A DNA stretch of 64,000 nucleotides from Paragordius varius (Eukaryota; Animalia; Nematomorpha): the NCBI GenBank assembly GCA_964247055.1, contig OZ176058.1, forward strand, positions 2,294,001 to 2,358,000. Reading direction: 5' to 3'. The notes beneath the pieces are model-generated. The model was not told where the DNA came from, ran no database searches, and saw nothing but the letters and a program-made list of their open reading frames with translations. The translations under genes and the position numbers were made by a program. Below, piece by piece: positions 10,501-22,097 of the stretch (its first letter is position 1; each line of letters begins with the position of its first letter).

Positions 10501-13500
10501 ATTGTTATTTGTTATTAATTAATAAATATTTTGGAAATTTTAATAAATACAGGTGAAAATGGCGGTTTTTAATAAATGAATAAAATTTCTAATTTTTTGT
10601 TCAACGTTGCTAATTTATTAAATATATTTTTTTAAATTTTTAAGAAAATGATTTTTTTTGTTTTACATTGATAACCAATATATTAAATATAGTTAACATA
10701 TTCCAGCATACAGGTAAAAATGGATGTTACGGTTTTAGGTTTGACATTTTATTTTCATATTTTAACAAACACCTTATGTCACCAAAGATTGAAAATAAGA
10801 TCAAGATATATAAAACATCTATTAAAGTATCTGAATATCGCCAAATATAAATAAATTTATTTAAATTATAAATGGTAATTATACAAAATATTCATAATAT
10901 TATGTTTGAAATTAGCTTCTTCTTATTGATATTAATACAGGTAATTTGTTTCTAATATTGATAAACAATGCGGTGTGCGTTCATGATGATCATATCCAAA
11001 AATTAAATGTAGATAATCCTGAAAATTTCAATCACTATCATTTTCTGGGTATATTCTATCAACTAAAATATAATATAGAAAGGTATTTTTTAATATATTA
11101 GAAAATTGATACCTCGATTCTAGAAGTATTTTCAACATAATTTTAAATATTGAGGGCTAACATTCAATTGAAAGGGAACTAAATAAGGTGGACGTGGCTT
11201 TTTAACAACCAAATTTGCAAAAAAATATTTTTCATGATAAAAAATTCTAAAATAATATTTTTGTTTTTGCGTTTTTGTTCTATCATCCTAAACTATAATG
11301 AAAAACTATTCTTCACCAAAGCAAACAATGTTAGTGTTGCCTGCTTAGTTTTGGAAGTGCTGTTGCATTAGCTTTTGAAAAAAATATTTTTTTATATTTT
11401 CTATTTGACGTCATTGTTTTATATTTATAGTTTGGGATGGTAGAACGAAATATCATTTTTGAATTTTTTATCATGAAGAAAATATTTTTTTGCAAATTTA
11501 GTTGTTAAAAAGCCAAGTCAACCTTATTTTGCCTTTCAAACTTTGAATGTTTTAGCCCTCAATATTTAAAATGTTGAAAATACTTATAGAATCCAGGTAT
11601 CAATTTTTTAATATATTTAAAATACCTTTCTATCTTATATTTTAGTTGATAGAATATACCCAGAAAATGATGGTGATTGAAATTTTCAGAATTATCTACA
11701 TTTAATTTTTGGCTATGATTATCATGAACGCACACCGCATCGTTTATCAATATTAGAAACAAATTACCTGTATTAATATCAATAAGAAGAAGCTAATTTC
11801 AAACATAATATTATGAATATTTTGTATAATTACACATTTATAATTTAAATAAATTTATTTATATTTGGCGATATTCAGATACTTTAATAGATGTTTTATA
11901 TATCTTGATCTTATTTTCAATCTTTGGTGACATAAGGTGTTTGTTAAAATATGAAAATAAAATGTCAAACCTAAAACCGTAACATCCATTTTTACCTGTA
12001 TGCTGGAATATGTTAACTATATTTAATATATTGGTTATCAATGTAAAACAAAAAAATCATTTTCTTAAAAATTTAAAAAAATATATTTAATAAATTAGCA
12101 ACGTTGAACAAAAAATTAGAAATTTTACTCATTTATTAAAAACCGCAATTTCATCTGTATTTATTAAAATTTCCAAAATATTTATTAATTAATAACAAAT
12201 AACAATGATACAAAACACAAAAATGTTAAATTTTTACTTTTATTAAAAACCGCAATTTTCACCTGTATTTATTAAAATTTCCAAAATATATAGTATTTAA
12301 TTACAATTAACAATGAAATACCTAAAAAAAAAACTAAATTTTTACTAAATTTGTTAAAAACCGCAATTTTTACCTGTATTTATCATAATGTCCAAAATAT
12401 ATAGTAATTAATTACAATTAACAATGAAATACCTAAAAAAACAAAAAAAACTAAATTTTTAGTAAATTTATTAAAAACCGCAATTTTTACCTCTATTTAT
12501 AATAAGGTATAAAATATGTATTAATTAATTACAATTAACAATGCAAAACCTAAAAAAACAAAAAAAAAACTAAATTTTTATCAATTTATTAAAAACCGCA
12601 ATTTTTACCTGTAATGTCCAAAATATGTAGTAATTAATTACAACTAACAATGCAAAACCTAAAAAACTAAATTTTTAGTAAATTTATTAAAAACCGCAAT
12701 TTTTACCTGTATTTATTATAATGTCCAAAATATGTAGTAATTAATTACAACTAACAATGCAAAACCTAAAAAACTAAATTTTTATCAATTTATTAAAAAC
12801 CGCAATTTTTACCTCTATTTATTATAATGTCCAAAATATGTAGTAATTATTTACAACTAACAATGCAAAACCTAAAAAACAAAAAAAACTAAATTTTTAG
12901 GAAATTTATTAAAAACCGCAATTTTTACCTGTATTTATTATAATGTCCAAAATATGTAGTAATTATTTACAACTAACAATGCAAAACCTAAAAAACAAAA
13001 AAAACTAAATTTTTAGGAAATTTATTAAAAACCGCAATTTTTACCTGATAAAAATAATGCAAAACATAAAAGTCAAAAATCTATTTAAATTTTCACAAAT
13101 ATATATTTACCTGTGTTATTAGTAATAACAAATATATAAAATTATAATACTAATATTGATTAATACAGGTATTTAGCATGTTGAAAAATATTTATTATTA
13201 ATAAGAATAATTAACATAAAAATCTTAAAATACGTATTTTACTATTTATTAATTTATCAAAGATAAAAACCCACAAAATTCCGCATCTAAATACGTAACA
13301 ACAATATTACAAATGTTAACATAATTTGCTATAATAATCTCAAAATTTAACATTGCAAAATATCCATCAAATTAAAGCCTATGTTAATTCTCACGTCAAT
13401 CTTCTTTCATATGTGTACTACGAAATAATTTCGTGGGTCAGTATTTTACGCTTTTGATAAACCATTTATGTTATTTGGCAGGCAATAAAATTACTTAACA

Positions 13501-16500
13501 TACATTAAAATGCATACTGTATTTATATAAAATTGACTTATGCCTACTTATTTGTTAAATGACCCAAGGATAGAATTCAAAAATTTTCTTTTATTATTCT
13601 TGAGTACTGATCCTTTTATCATTATTTGTTCTTTAAAGTTTAAATGAGATAGTTTTAATCATTGGATTAATAATTTAAAATACCCGAACGGGGGTAATTT
13701 AATTTAATTGTTAAAGATTTTTAAATGTTGATATACATACTTATTTTTATTTCACCCTTGAAAAATTTTAATTTATTCCAAGATAAATTAAGATCAAAAA
13801 TTATTTATATTATTTTATATACAGTAAAAATAAAATTTTGTTTGAAATTTGTATATATAATACTGAAAAAATAATAAATTATGCGCTATAAAGATATATA
13901 TTATATTAATAATGAGTTATATTAGCTGCTCGAAAACACATAATTTATTTTTAGGGTGATTTTTTATTGCTCGCTCGAGGGTCAATTTGAATTTTAAATG
14001 GTAATACTATTTCGTCTGCTTTTTTTTCATTGGTTTATTATCATTCATATTTTGTTTTTACTGTATATGTCCGAGTACATATAATTTTAGGGTGATAAAT
14101 TAATTAGATATGATGAACTTGATTAATAAATAGGGCAGTAATTTTTAAGTTTCAATTGTTTAAAGTTAAAAACATATTCCCACAAATTTATTAGGTTTAT
14201 ACATATATATGTAATATCCTTAAAATGAGAGCTTAAAATAAAAATGATATCATTCTTTATTTGTTATTTCACTAGATATCAATATAATATTCTCATTTAA
14301 TATGTTTTTTAAAGGAAGGGTCGTACTGCGAATAAGCTCATGTATTTTTTTAAATAATTATTTTCAAAATTAAAATTTGGACAATTTCGAATTGGATTTG
14401 AATATGTGGGTAAATACAATGTTACCACGCATGGTATTTTATATTTTATATATATTTGTTAGGAGAATAGATCTATGGGATCAAATGATGAGACAGGTAT
14501 AAATAAATTTTAATTTTACTTATTCATTACAAATTATTAGTCATTTTAAATTTATTAAATTATTTTAAAATAAATAATTAATTTTTATAAATAAATTTTA
14601 ATTTTAGTTATTTACAACAAATAATTATTTTTAAATTTATCAAAATATTTTAAATAATTTCCTTTTTTTATTAATTCTCTTGACTTATATTATATATATG
14701 TAATTTACCATAAACATAATATTAAATGAGCAATCCAAATAACAGGTCTAACTTAATTGAAATTAATTTATCAATAATTTTAATGTTCAAAAATCTTTTA
14801 TGGATTGCTTTGAATATTTTTATAATTAGCTGTAAAAATTATAATTCTACGAAAAGAGCATATTTTTAAAAAAACTACCGTACTTTTTAAACTTTGACAC
14901 TTTTAACATAAACTACAATTAAGGTTTTGAAAATATAATTGAGTCCATTACCAATTTACAACTTTGTTACTTATTTATCAACACAAAACGATCAGTTAAA
15001 CTTAAAAATTAAGTTTTAAATAAAATAAATTGCCCAGTTTTAATATTTTGTCCGTAAAATTTCAATTTTACGGTATTTATATAGGTTGCTATAGAATATA
15101 AAATTAATAATATTTTTGTATTTTTTTGCCTTTAATATAAATATTATAAATTTTTGAATTTTTGCAAATTTATTATTAGCCTTTTTTTGCTTATATTATA
15201 AATTATTTTATAGATGAGCAGACGAAAATATTAACAGGGGCAGACGATAATATTGGAGGTGGAGACAATAAATTAACCAAAAATGAAAATAATGATATTT
15301 CCGATTTTGAAAAAGTCACATCTAATACAACAAGTATTTTACGGATATATTTAACTTTATAGTGAATGTGGAAAGAACTATTTATTTTGAGTAAAAAAAA
15401 CATTATTTTTGGGGAAAACAGAATTGAATGTAAAAAAAAATTATCAAAATAAAATTATTTTATTTATTATAGCAATTTTTTTGCCTATTTATTATATTTT
15501 AGGCTTATAATTATCCAAATATATACTATTTTTTAATGCATTTATAGTATTTTTTAAAAATATTGGGTTTTAAAAAAATTCGCTTAATACATCATAATAT
15601 CAAACAAAATAATGAATCTAATGTTTTTTAACAAAAATTTTTAATTTAAATAATTACTCATCACCAAACTTAATGTCATTTATTTTTGATTTAAAACAGT
15701 GGTTCCCAAAAGGGGGCGTAGGGCGCAGAAAATCAAAGGGGCGCGAAGCAGAATTAAAAAAAACATTTTGAAGGAATTCAGGGGCGAATTATCAAGATTT
15801 GTCACCGATATGGAAAACTTATTTTAAAAAATGCAGATATAAAGATCTCATTGATTAAGATTTTTATAAATTTATAATATATTTTACATTTCTTTGATAA
15901 TTTGGAGAGGGACCGCGGGAATTTTTATTTTCATTTTGCTGAGGCGTGAACAAAAAAAGGTTTGGATCTGCTTTAAACATTTTGAACATCCGGAAATCTC
16001 CATATTTTTAATATTAAAATTTAATTTGTTTTATGAAGTTATAACGACCAATTCACAAAATTCCGCTACCAATACTTCGCATAAAGCCGAAAAAATTCAA
16101 TCTCTAGAATCATCCAGGCATGATTTAAAAGCAAATGAATCAGATGAATCAGATACCACAGAAACAGCTGATGATGACGACGAAGAAGATGATGAAGATG
16201 GCGATTTATCTAAATATCAACTTGATGTTGACGAGGAAGCGGCGTCATCACCGTGTGATGCAGCGAATTCCACTTCCGGATCTTCCTCAACAGCTGATAG
16301 CAGCGATGATGAGGGCAGTAAGAACCAACAGAGTTCAACGAACTCATCATCATCATCTGGTTCAGAGTCAGATGACGAGTCATCATCACGTGACAGTGAT
16401 GACTCTCACGTGGTAACAGCAGGGGCAGACGATAGAAAACCTGACAAAGAAAATGGCGAACAAAGAACTGTTGTGAAAAGAAAAGGTATATTTATAATAG

Positions 16501-18098
16501 ATGAAAATTTGATGTAATGTATGTGATCATGAATATTATGTGAATTTATCCAAGATTTGATGTTTTTTTTAATTATGGCTTGATTATTAATGAATTGAAA
16601 AGGTTGAAAAAAGCTAAAAGTTGTTACATAAGATTATTAATTAGATTATACTATTAAATATGATTAATTGTAAAGTTAAAAGGCATTTGATTAAAATTCT
16701 TAAAATATTTTACGTTAATTAAAAACATATTGTTTTAATAATACTTTATTCTATATAATATTTAATTGCCTTAACAAATATATATATACTAGCGTGAATC
16801 TCGTGCTGCTACGCAGCCCGAGGAAGTCCTTCGGACTTCTGGGGGGGAGGGGGGGGGTTCGAAGTTTGGATTTGAATGGGTCTACCGGTTTTCCTGTAGA
16901 TCACAAAGCCAGCATTTTCCATTTTTATAAATATATAGATTACCATAAATAATGTTTTAATATCCATATATCTTTTAACATGCTATACATATGATAGATA
17001 CTCCTTACTCAGCAGCTATCATCAAAGAAACGCCTGACTAAAATTTTTGCCTTTTAACAGGCAATACGAAAAATCTTTCTCGAATTTTTACAGTCTCATA
17101 CCGTGGGCAAAAAAATACAATCAAAAAATTATTTTTGTGGACTTTGTTTTTTTTTTGAAAAAAATGGCATTTTACGGGGGGAGCGGGTAAAAAGAGGGCC
17201 TAAATCAAAAAAGTGACTCGACTATGTTCGGTGCAATCGAAAATAAGTAAACAAAAATCATATTTGAAATTTAATGGTCCAACACGTTCTCCAAAAAATT
17301 GACTTAACCCATTTTTCACACGGGGTGGGCCCAAACTGGGGACCTAATTCCAAAAAAGGGCGAAGCTATTGTCGGGGCATTCATTAATGATTAAATTTTT
17401 TCGATGTTTGGATTTGAATGGGTTCACCGGTTTTCCGGAAACAGATCACAAAGTTATATGAAAAATCAGTTTTTAGCGGGTAGCTCCTTACCCAGCAGCT
17501 ATCATCAAATAAACGGTGGACTAAAATTTTTGCCTTTTAACAGGGAATACGTGGAATCTTTATTGAATTTTTACGGTCTCATACCTAGGGCGAAAAATCG
17601 ATTTAAAAAATTATTTTTGTGGACTTTGTTTTTTGAAAAAGGTGGCATTTCACGAGGGGAGCGGGTAAAAAGAGGGCCTAAATCAAAAAAGTGGCTCGAC
17701 TATGTTCGGCGCAATCGAAAATAAGTAAACAAAAATCATATTTGAAATTGAATGGTCCAACACGTTCTCCGGAAAATTGTCTCAAAAACACGATTTTGTG
17801 GACTTCTGTTTTTTTAAAAAAACCCGTTTTTCATACGGGGTGGGCCCGAACTGGGGGCCTATTTCAAAAAAAGGGCGAAGCTATTGTCGGGACATTTATT
17901 AATGATTATATTTTTTTGATATTTGGATTTGATTGGGTCTACCGGTTTTCCTGTACCAGATCACAAAGCCAGCATTTTCCATTTTTATAAATATATAGAT
18001 TATCTAGATTTTTATTCAACTTTTTAACTTTTTTATTAAACTAAAACAAACAATAATACATTATTTCCCCATTAATAATAGTAACTATTACAAAATAT

Positions 18099-18137
<39 letters not shown>

Positions 18138-18546
18138 TCAGAATAATCCACCAAATAATCACAATACAAAAGTCAAAAAAAGCGCCCCCACTGACGACGA
18201 TATATCATCCGCTATGGTGGAATCTGATACAACTGAAGATGATCAAAATAATCATGGTTACTACTAGATTTATTAAATCAAATAAACAATTTTTTTCAAC
18301 TAATTAACTAACTAACATAATTATAAACTTCAACGGCAGGCCGAGATTATTTGATAAAATTGTGTTTTATATAATGCAAATATATCTAAACGATAAAATA
18401 GGGAACGGGCCTTAATTATTCTTTATTATCAAAAATTTAAGTTTTTTTTGCTTATAGTTTTTCCTTCGATTTATTTAGAAGATTCCAAAAGCCAGGAGGA
18501 ATTGATAAAATCCGCTCATAAACGCCTTAAAACCAACCAATCTTAA
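6011..18546 (+). CDS. ZRANB2: Zinc finger Ran-binding domain-containing protein 2 (splicing regulator), about 428 aa
   Basis: Phase-consistent GT-AG exons 6011-6063, 6137-6189, 6461-6649, 7694-7770, 8629-8754, 14463-14496, 15214-15333, 16039-16485, 18137-18256, 18479-18546. Two RanBP2 fingers (DWTC..CGNVNFARRDSCNRC; DWQCMTCGNVNWARRNNCNIC), LAEKSKGLF, EERTGLGGGYNERENVEY, EYDEFGRIKKKFRG, DLSKYQLD. Exons 6, 7, 9 and 10 rest on phase and open frame only. Confidence 0.9.
7468..7530. repeat. (TA)n microsatellite (others near 18105, 25820, 36460, 36870, 39170, 40375)
   Basis: Uninterrupted TA run of about 31 units. Confidence 0.95.
9390..10600 (+). repeat. ~117-bp tandem array (about 11 units), left arm of the foldback element
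   Basis: Recurrent TACAGGTAAAAATTGCGGTTTTTAAC at about 117-bp spacing. Confidence 0.9.
12130..13050 (-). repeat. Inverted ~117-bp tandem array (about 9 units), right arm of the foldback element
   Basis: Recurrent AAAAACCGCAATTTTTACCTG. Confidence 0.9.
13730..14005. mobile_element. Degenerate copy of the TATACCATTT MITE family
   Basis: Shares the internal GAGTTATATTAG...AAAACACATAATTTATTTTTAGGGTGA block and a GTAAATGGTA-like end with the copies at 42214 and 43687. Confidence 0.65.
15697..15970. mobile_element. Decayed hAT (Charlie-like) MITE
   Basis: Starts CAGTGGTTCCCAAA (typical hAT-Charlie terminus); GC-rich GGGGCG motifs; degenerate AAAAAGGTTTGGATCTGCT right end. Confidence 0.5.
16789..17999 (-). 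mobile_element. Non-autonomous Helitron (compound)
   Basis: Minus strand A|TCTATATATTTAT...GCTGCGTAGCAGC hairpin...CTAG|T; no TSD; internal ~480-bp duplication; second 5' end at 16938; related to 52289-53315. Confidence 0.85.
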
Positions 18547-20395
18547 TTCTCTGATTTATTAATTATGATAGAAAAAATTTTAACAAACAAATATTAATTA
18601 TGATAATATTTCCATTTTGATACTTTAGTATGCTAGATAGCCTTCAACAAGCCTCTACTATATTACTATTGCAAATCAAGATTTGTAACATTAGTATATT
18701 TGGGCATTTTAGATTATCATGATTTTATTACATAATAAAATTTAGTTTATTTTTAAAGGGTTTAAAATAGTTGTTTGTGCGTTTAATAATTAATTTTGTA
18801 AGATGTAAATATGATACACCTATAAATGAAATTATTAATAATTTGGACATTTTTAACTGATACTTTGTAATGTTTTATTAAATGTTATTTTTATAAATAT
18901 TATTTTGTATAAAACATTGCTTATATTAAGTTTTTATGAGCCTAGTAGAACTAATTTAATCCAAATATTAAATTACAAATATCGTTGATATTAAATTTAT
19001 AAATTTAGATATTTTTGAAAATTATAAAAACATTTAAAAAAACTTTAATAAAAATGCATTTTTTAAAATTCCTTAACATGCGAATAAAACGATATATTTG
19101 ATTAATAAGAACTTGCTAATTTTATATCATTTTATGTTACACAAATAAAGGTTTTATTAACGAAAACGGTAAGTTACAAAGTGTTTTGGCACATTAGTTT
19201 AACAAATTATAATAATTTAATTTATATTAATTCTCATATTAATTTAACTTTTTTTATGTATAGAAATCCACCAAATGCTTAACAAAGAGAGTTGATCCAT
19301 ATTAACAATGTTAAATATATTATCATAATTATAAATTATGCCGATATCATGTATGAATAAAACTTTTTAAATTTTTTAATAATTAATTAAATGTACTAAC
19401 AATTAATCAGTGTGGGTTTATTATGTAAAAGATCTATTTAAAATATTGAGTTTGATTGGAAAATGGTAAGGTTAAGGAAGTATAAATATAGTAATTTGTT
19501 TTTAATAAAGAGTTGTTTATCGTTTTTGATAATTAAATTTTAACCAAAACAACTTTTAGTAGGCTTCTTTTTTAGTAAAAATAAAATAGTCATAACCGAT
19601 ATTCTAATTTACTAATAAAAATATTAGAGAGATAGAGTTGATTATAAACGTGAATGAAACAATTTAATCCTCAAGATAATATTTTAATTTTTAAACCTTC
19701 GAGCAATCGATTATTATTAAAGAGCTATCTAATTTATGATATGATAATATATTTTAAATTAGAAAAACTACATGTCCTCAAATTCACCCTATAACAACAT
19801 TCCTTTGCTTTTCTAAGTTAATCCTTTCTTCTACTGTAACTAAAATGATTTAAAAAAAAGGTGTGAATTAAGACGCAATTTCCTTTTGGGGTAGTTTTAT
19901 ATATCAGAACGATTAAAATTTGAATATCATAGAAAGTAATACAAATGAATCAAGTTAAATTTAAAAATATGCCTCTTAGCCTTTTAGTCGCACTCTACAA
20001 TTTTTTTTAACTTTCTTGCCGCTATTTTATTTTTTATAATTTTTTTTATCGCCAAATCAACAAGCAAATAAATGTATATCATGGTTAAAAAAAGTAATTA
20101 ACTTTTAAAAGCATTTAAAAGTGAAAACCTGTTTAATTCCCTCTATTAAAATTTTTTGTTTTTTTAATCTAAAAAATATCTAAAAATAATTTATCTATCA
20201 AATACTCAAGATATAACTTTTTTTTCATTAATCTTAAATTAAATTTAATAAGAGACTCTAAATGTTTACCAAACTTTTGTGTTTCAAAAATCTTTCAATA
20301 AATTTTTAATTAAAAAAATGAGTTTGATGGGAAAAATTATAATTATGTAAAATATTTAATTAAAATATTAGATTAAAAAATGATGAGGTTAACCC

Positions 20396-20931
20396 TTGTA
20401 CAACGCAATTATTTTTGCCATTTGATTAAAATTCGGGTAGTTATAGATACCCCAAGCTTGTTTAAATACATTTCAACATGGAATAAATTGAAACCATGGC
20501 AAAATTTTGCACTTATATTACATTAATGAACCGAAATATAATAAAAAATCCTTTCGAAAATACTTGATATTACTCATTCAAGGGTAAAATAAAACCCAAA
20601 GGTAAAATATAGCCAACATGACATGTGTACATAAGGAAAATACAAAAATTATTCAAAATACACCTTTTTTCATTACCTATGTTAAATGTGATTTTAATAA
20701 AAAAGTGAAAATAGAATTAAATAAACAATATATATTCAAAAATGTTGTGAAATAGCGTCTAATTAGTTTGATCCGGAACATTTATCCAGATCTAAATTTT
20801 ATTTAGATATTTTGGCCAATTTATATAATTTTTATTAAGATAGAAGTATTTTTAATTAGGACCATTTCTTTTAGTAATTTAAAAATAACTTAGATATTGT
20901 CTGTTAGACAGCCCAATTCGAATCGAAGTGT
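20396..20931. mobile_element. Diverged copy of the ~550-bp GATACCCC (Helentron-like) repeat
   Basis: Shares AAACCATGGCAAAATTTTGCACTTATAT and the CCAATTCGAATCGAAGTG end with 21291, 43010 and 46868. Confidence 0.7.
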
Positions 20932-21290
20932 CAAAGGTAATATTCACGGTAAATTTGCATTATTTTAAATCTAAATATAAACGATATTTTTTTTAAATAA
21001 TGTCAAATATAAATGGCGTCAGAGTAGTTTGTTATAGAATTTTTTATTCAAGACTAAATTTTATTGATATTTCGGCTTATTTTCACAATTTTCAATGATA
21101 AGACCATAAATTTTAATTAGCGTTTCTTTCAGTATTTTTAAAAAATATAATTAAAAGAGTCTGTGGTATTTAGCCACCTCGAGTCTCAAAAAACTTGGAA
21201 GGACCACAAAACATGTTAATTCTGATACATTTTCCCAAAAAATAATTAATCACGATAATTTTTATGTTCAATTTCGTAGTCAGTGAACAC

Positions 21291-21829
21291 TTGGATAGAA
21301 CACATTCATTTTAGTCCTTCAATTCGAATTGGTGTAGTTAAATACCCCATACCTGTTTAAAATTAAATTCTCCAAAAAATATGGAAGGAACAAAACCATC
21401 AAAAATCTTGCTCTTATATAAGATAAACCGAATTATATAAAAAAATTTAAAATACTTGATATTACTTATTTTAAGCTAAACCCGAAAAGGTAAAAATTTA
21501 GTCAACGTAACATGTTTGCATTGGTAAAATTAAAAAATATTACAGAATAAACCTCTTTTCCTATTTCTATCAATGTAAGATGTAATTTAAATAAAAAATT
21601 AGCTATAGTTGATATTTTGCAAAAACTTTGTAAAAAATAAATGGCGTCGAAGTAGTTTGACATCGAACTTTTTTTCAAAACAAAATTTCATTTAGATATT
21701 TTGGCATAATCATAATATTTTTATTTGAAAGAAGCATAAATTTTAATTGGGATTGTTTCCTTCAGTAGTTTTCTAAAAATCCTAACTTAGCTTAGGGTAT
21801 TTTGATACCCCAATTCGAATCGAAGTGTT
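21291..21829. mobile_element. ~550-bp GATACCCC (Helentron-like) repeat
   Basis: TTGGATA...CTTC(G)ATTCGAATTGG left end and GGGTATTTTGATACCCCAATTCGAATCGAAGTGTT right end. Confidence 0.78.
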
Positions 21830-22097
21830 GAATGTATCATGTTTTATATTAATATACAGCTACTGAAGTTAGGCAAAAAACTTTATCTAGTAAAATGACT
21901 CTGCTTTTTCAAAAAAATAAATTTAATATATTATTTATCTACTTTAAAAATTTGATTTTGACAACAAATGGAAAACTTATTATATGTTATGCTCATATTA
22001 TCAAACAATAATTGTGCGGTCCAACCTGTTAAATTTTACCAATAAGAACGACCAAAACTAACATTGCGCTTTTATTACCTAAAAATAAATTGTCGCA

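Larger units (their letters stand above)
8882..13519. mobile_element. Foldback-type non-autonomous DNA transposon (4.6-kb palindrome) with Tc1/mariner-like ends
   Basis: TA|CAGTATGCATTTTAATG at the left end and CATTAAAATGCATACTG|TA at the right; arms are inverted copies all the way to a ~100-bp spacer near 11300-11410; identical 60-codon pseudo-ORFs at 10668(+) and 12041(-); no transposase. Confidence 0.9.

Noticed and set aside
10668-12041. Two identical 60-aa ORFs (10668+ and 11859-)
   Set aside because: They mirror each other because of the palindrome; TTG starts and no recognisable domain.
9390-13050. CRISPR-like repeat array
   Set aside because: The entire 117-bp unit is repeated with no unique spacers; the context is eukaryotic and there are no cas genes.
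17404-17990. ORFs inside the Helitrons (also 52950-53319)
   Set aside because: Reading frames are not preserved between the duplicated copies, and there are no Rep or helicase motifs.
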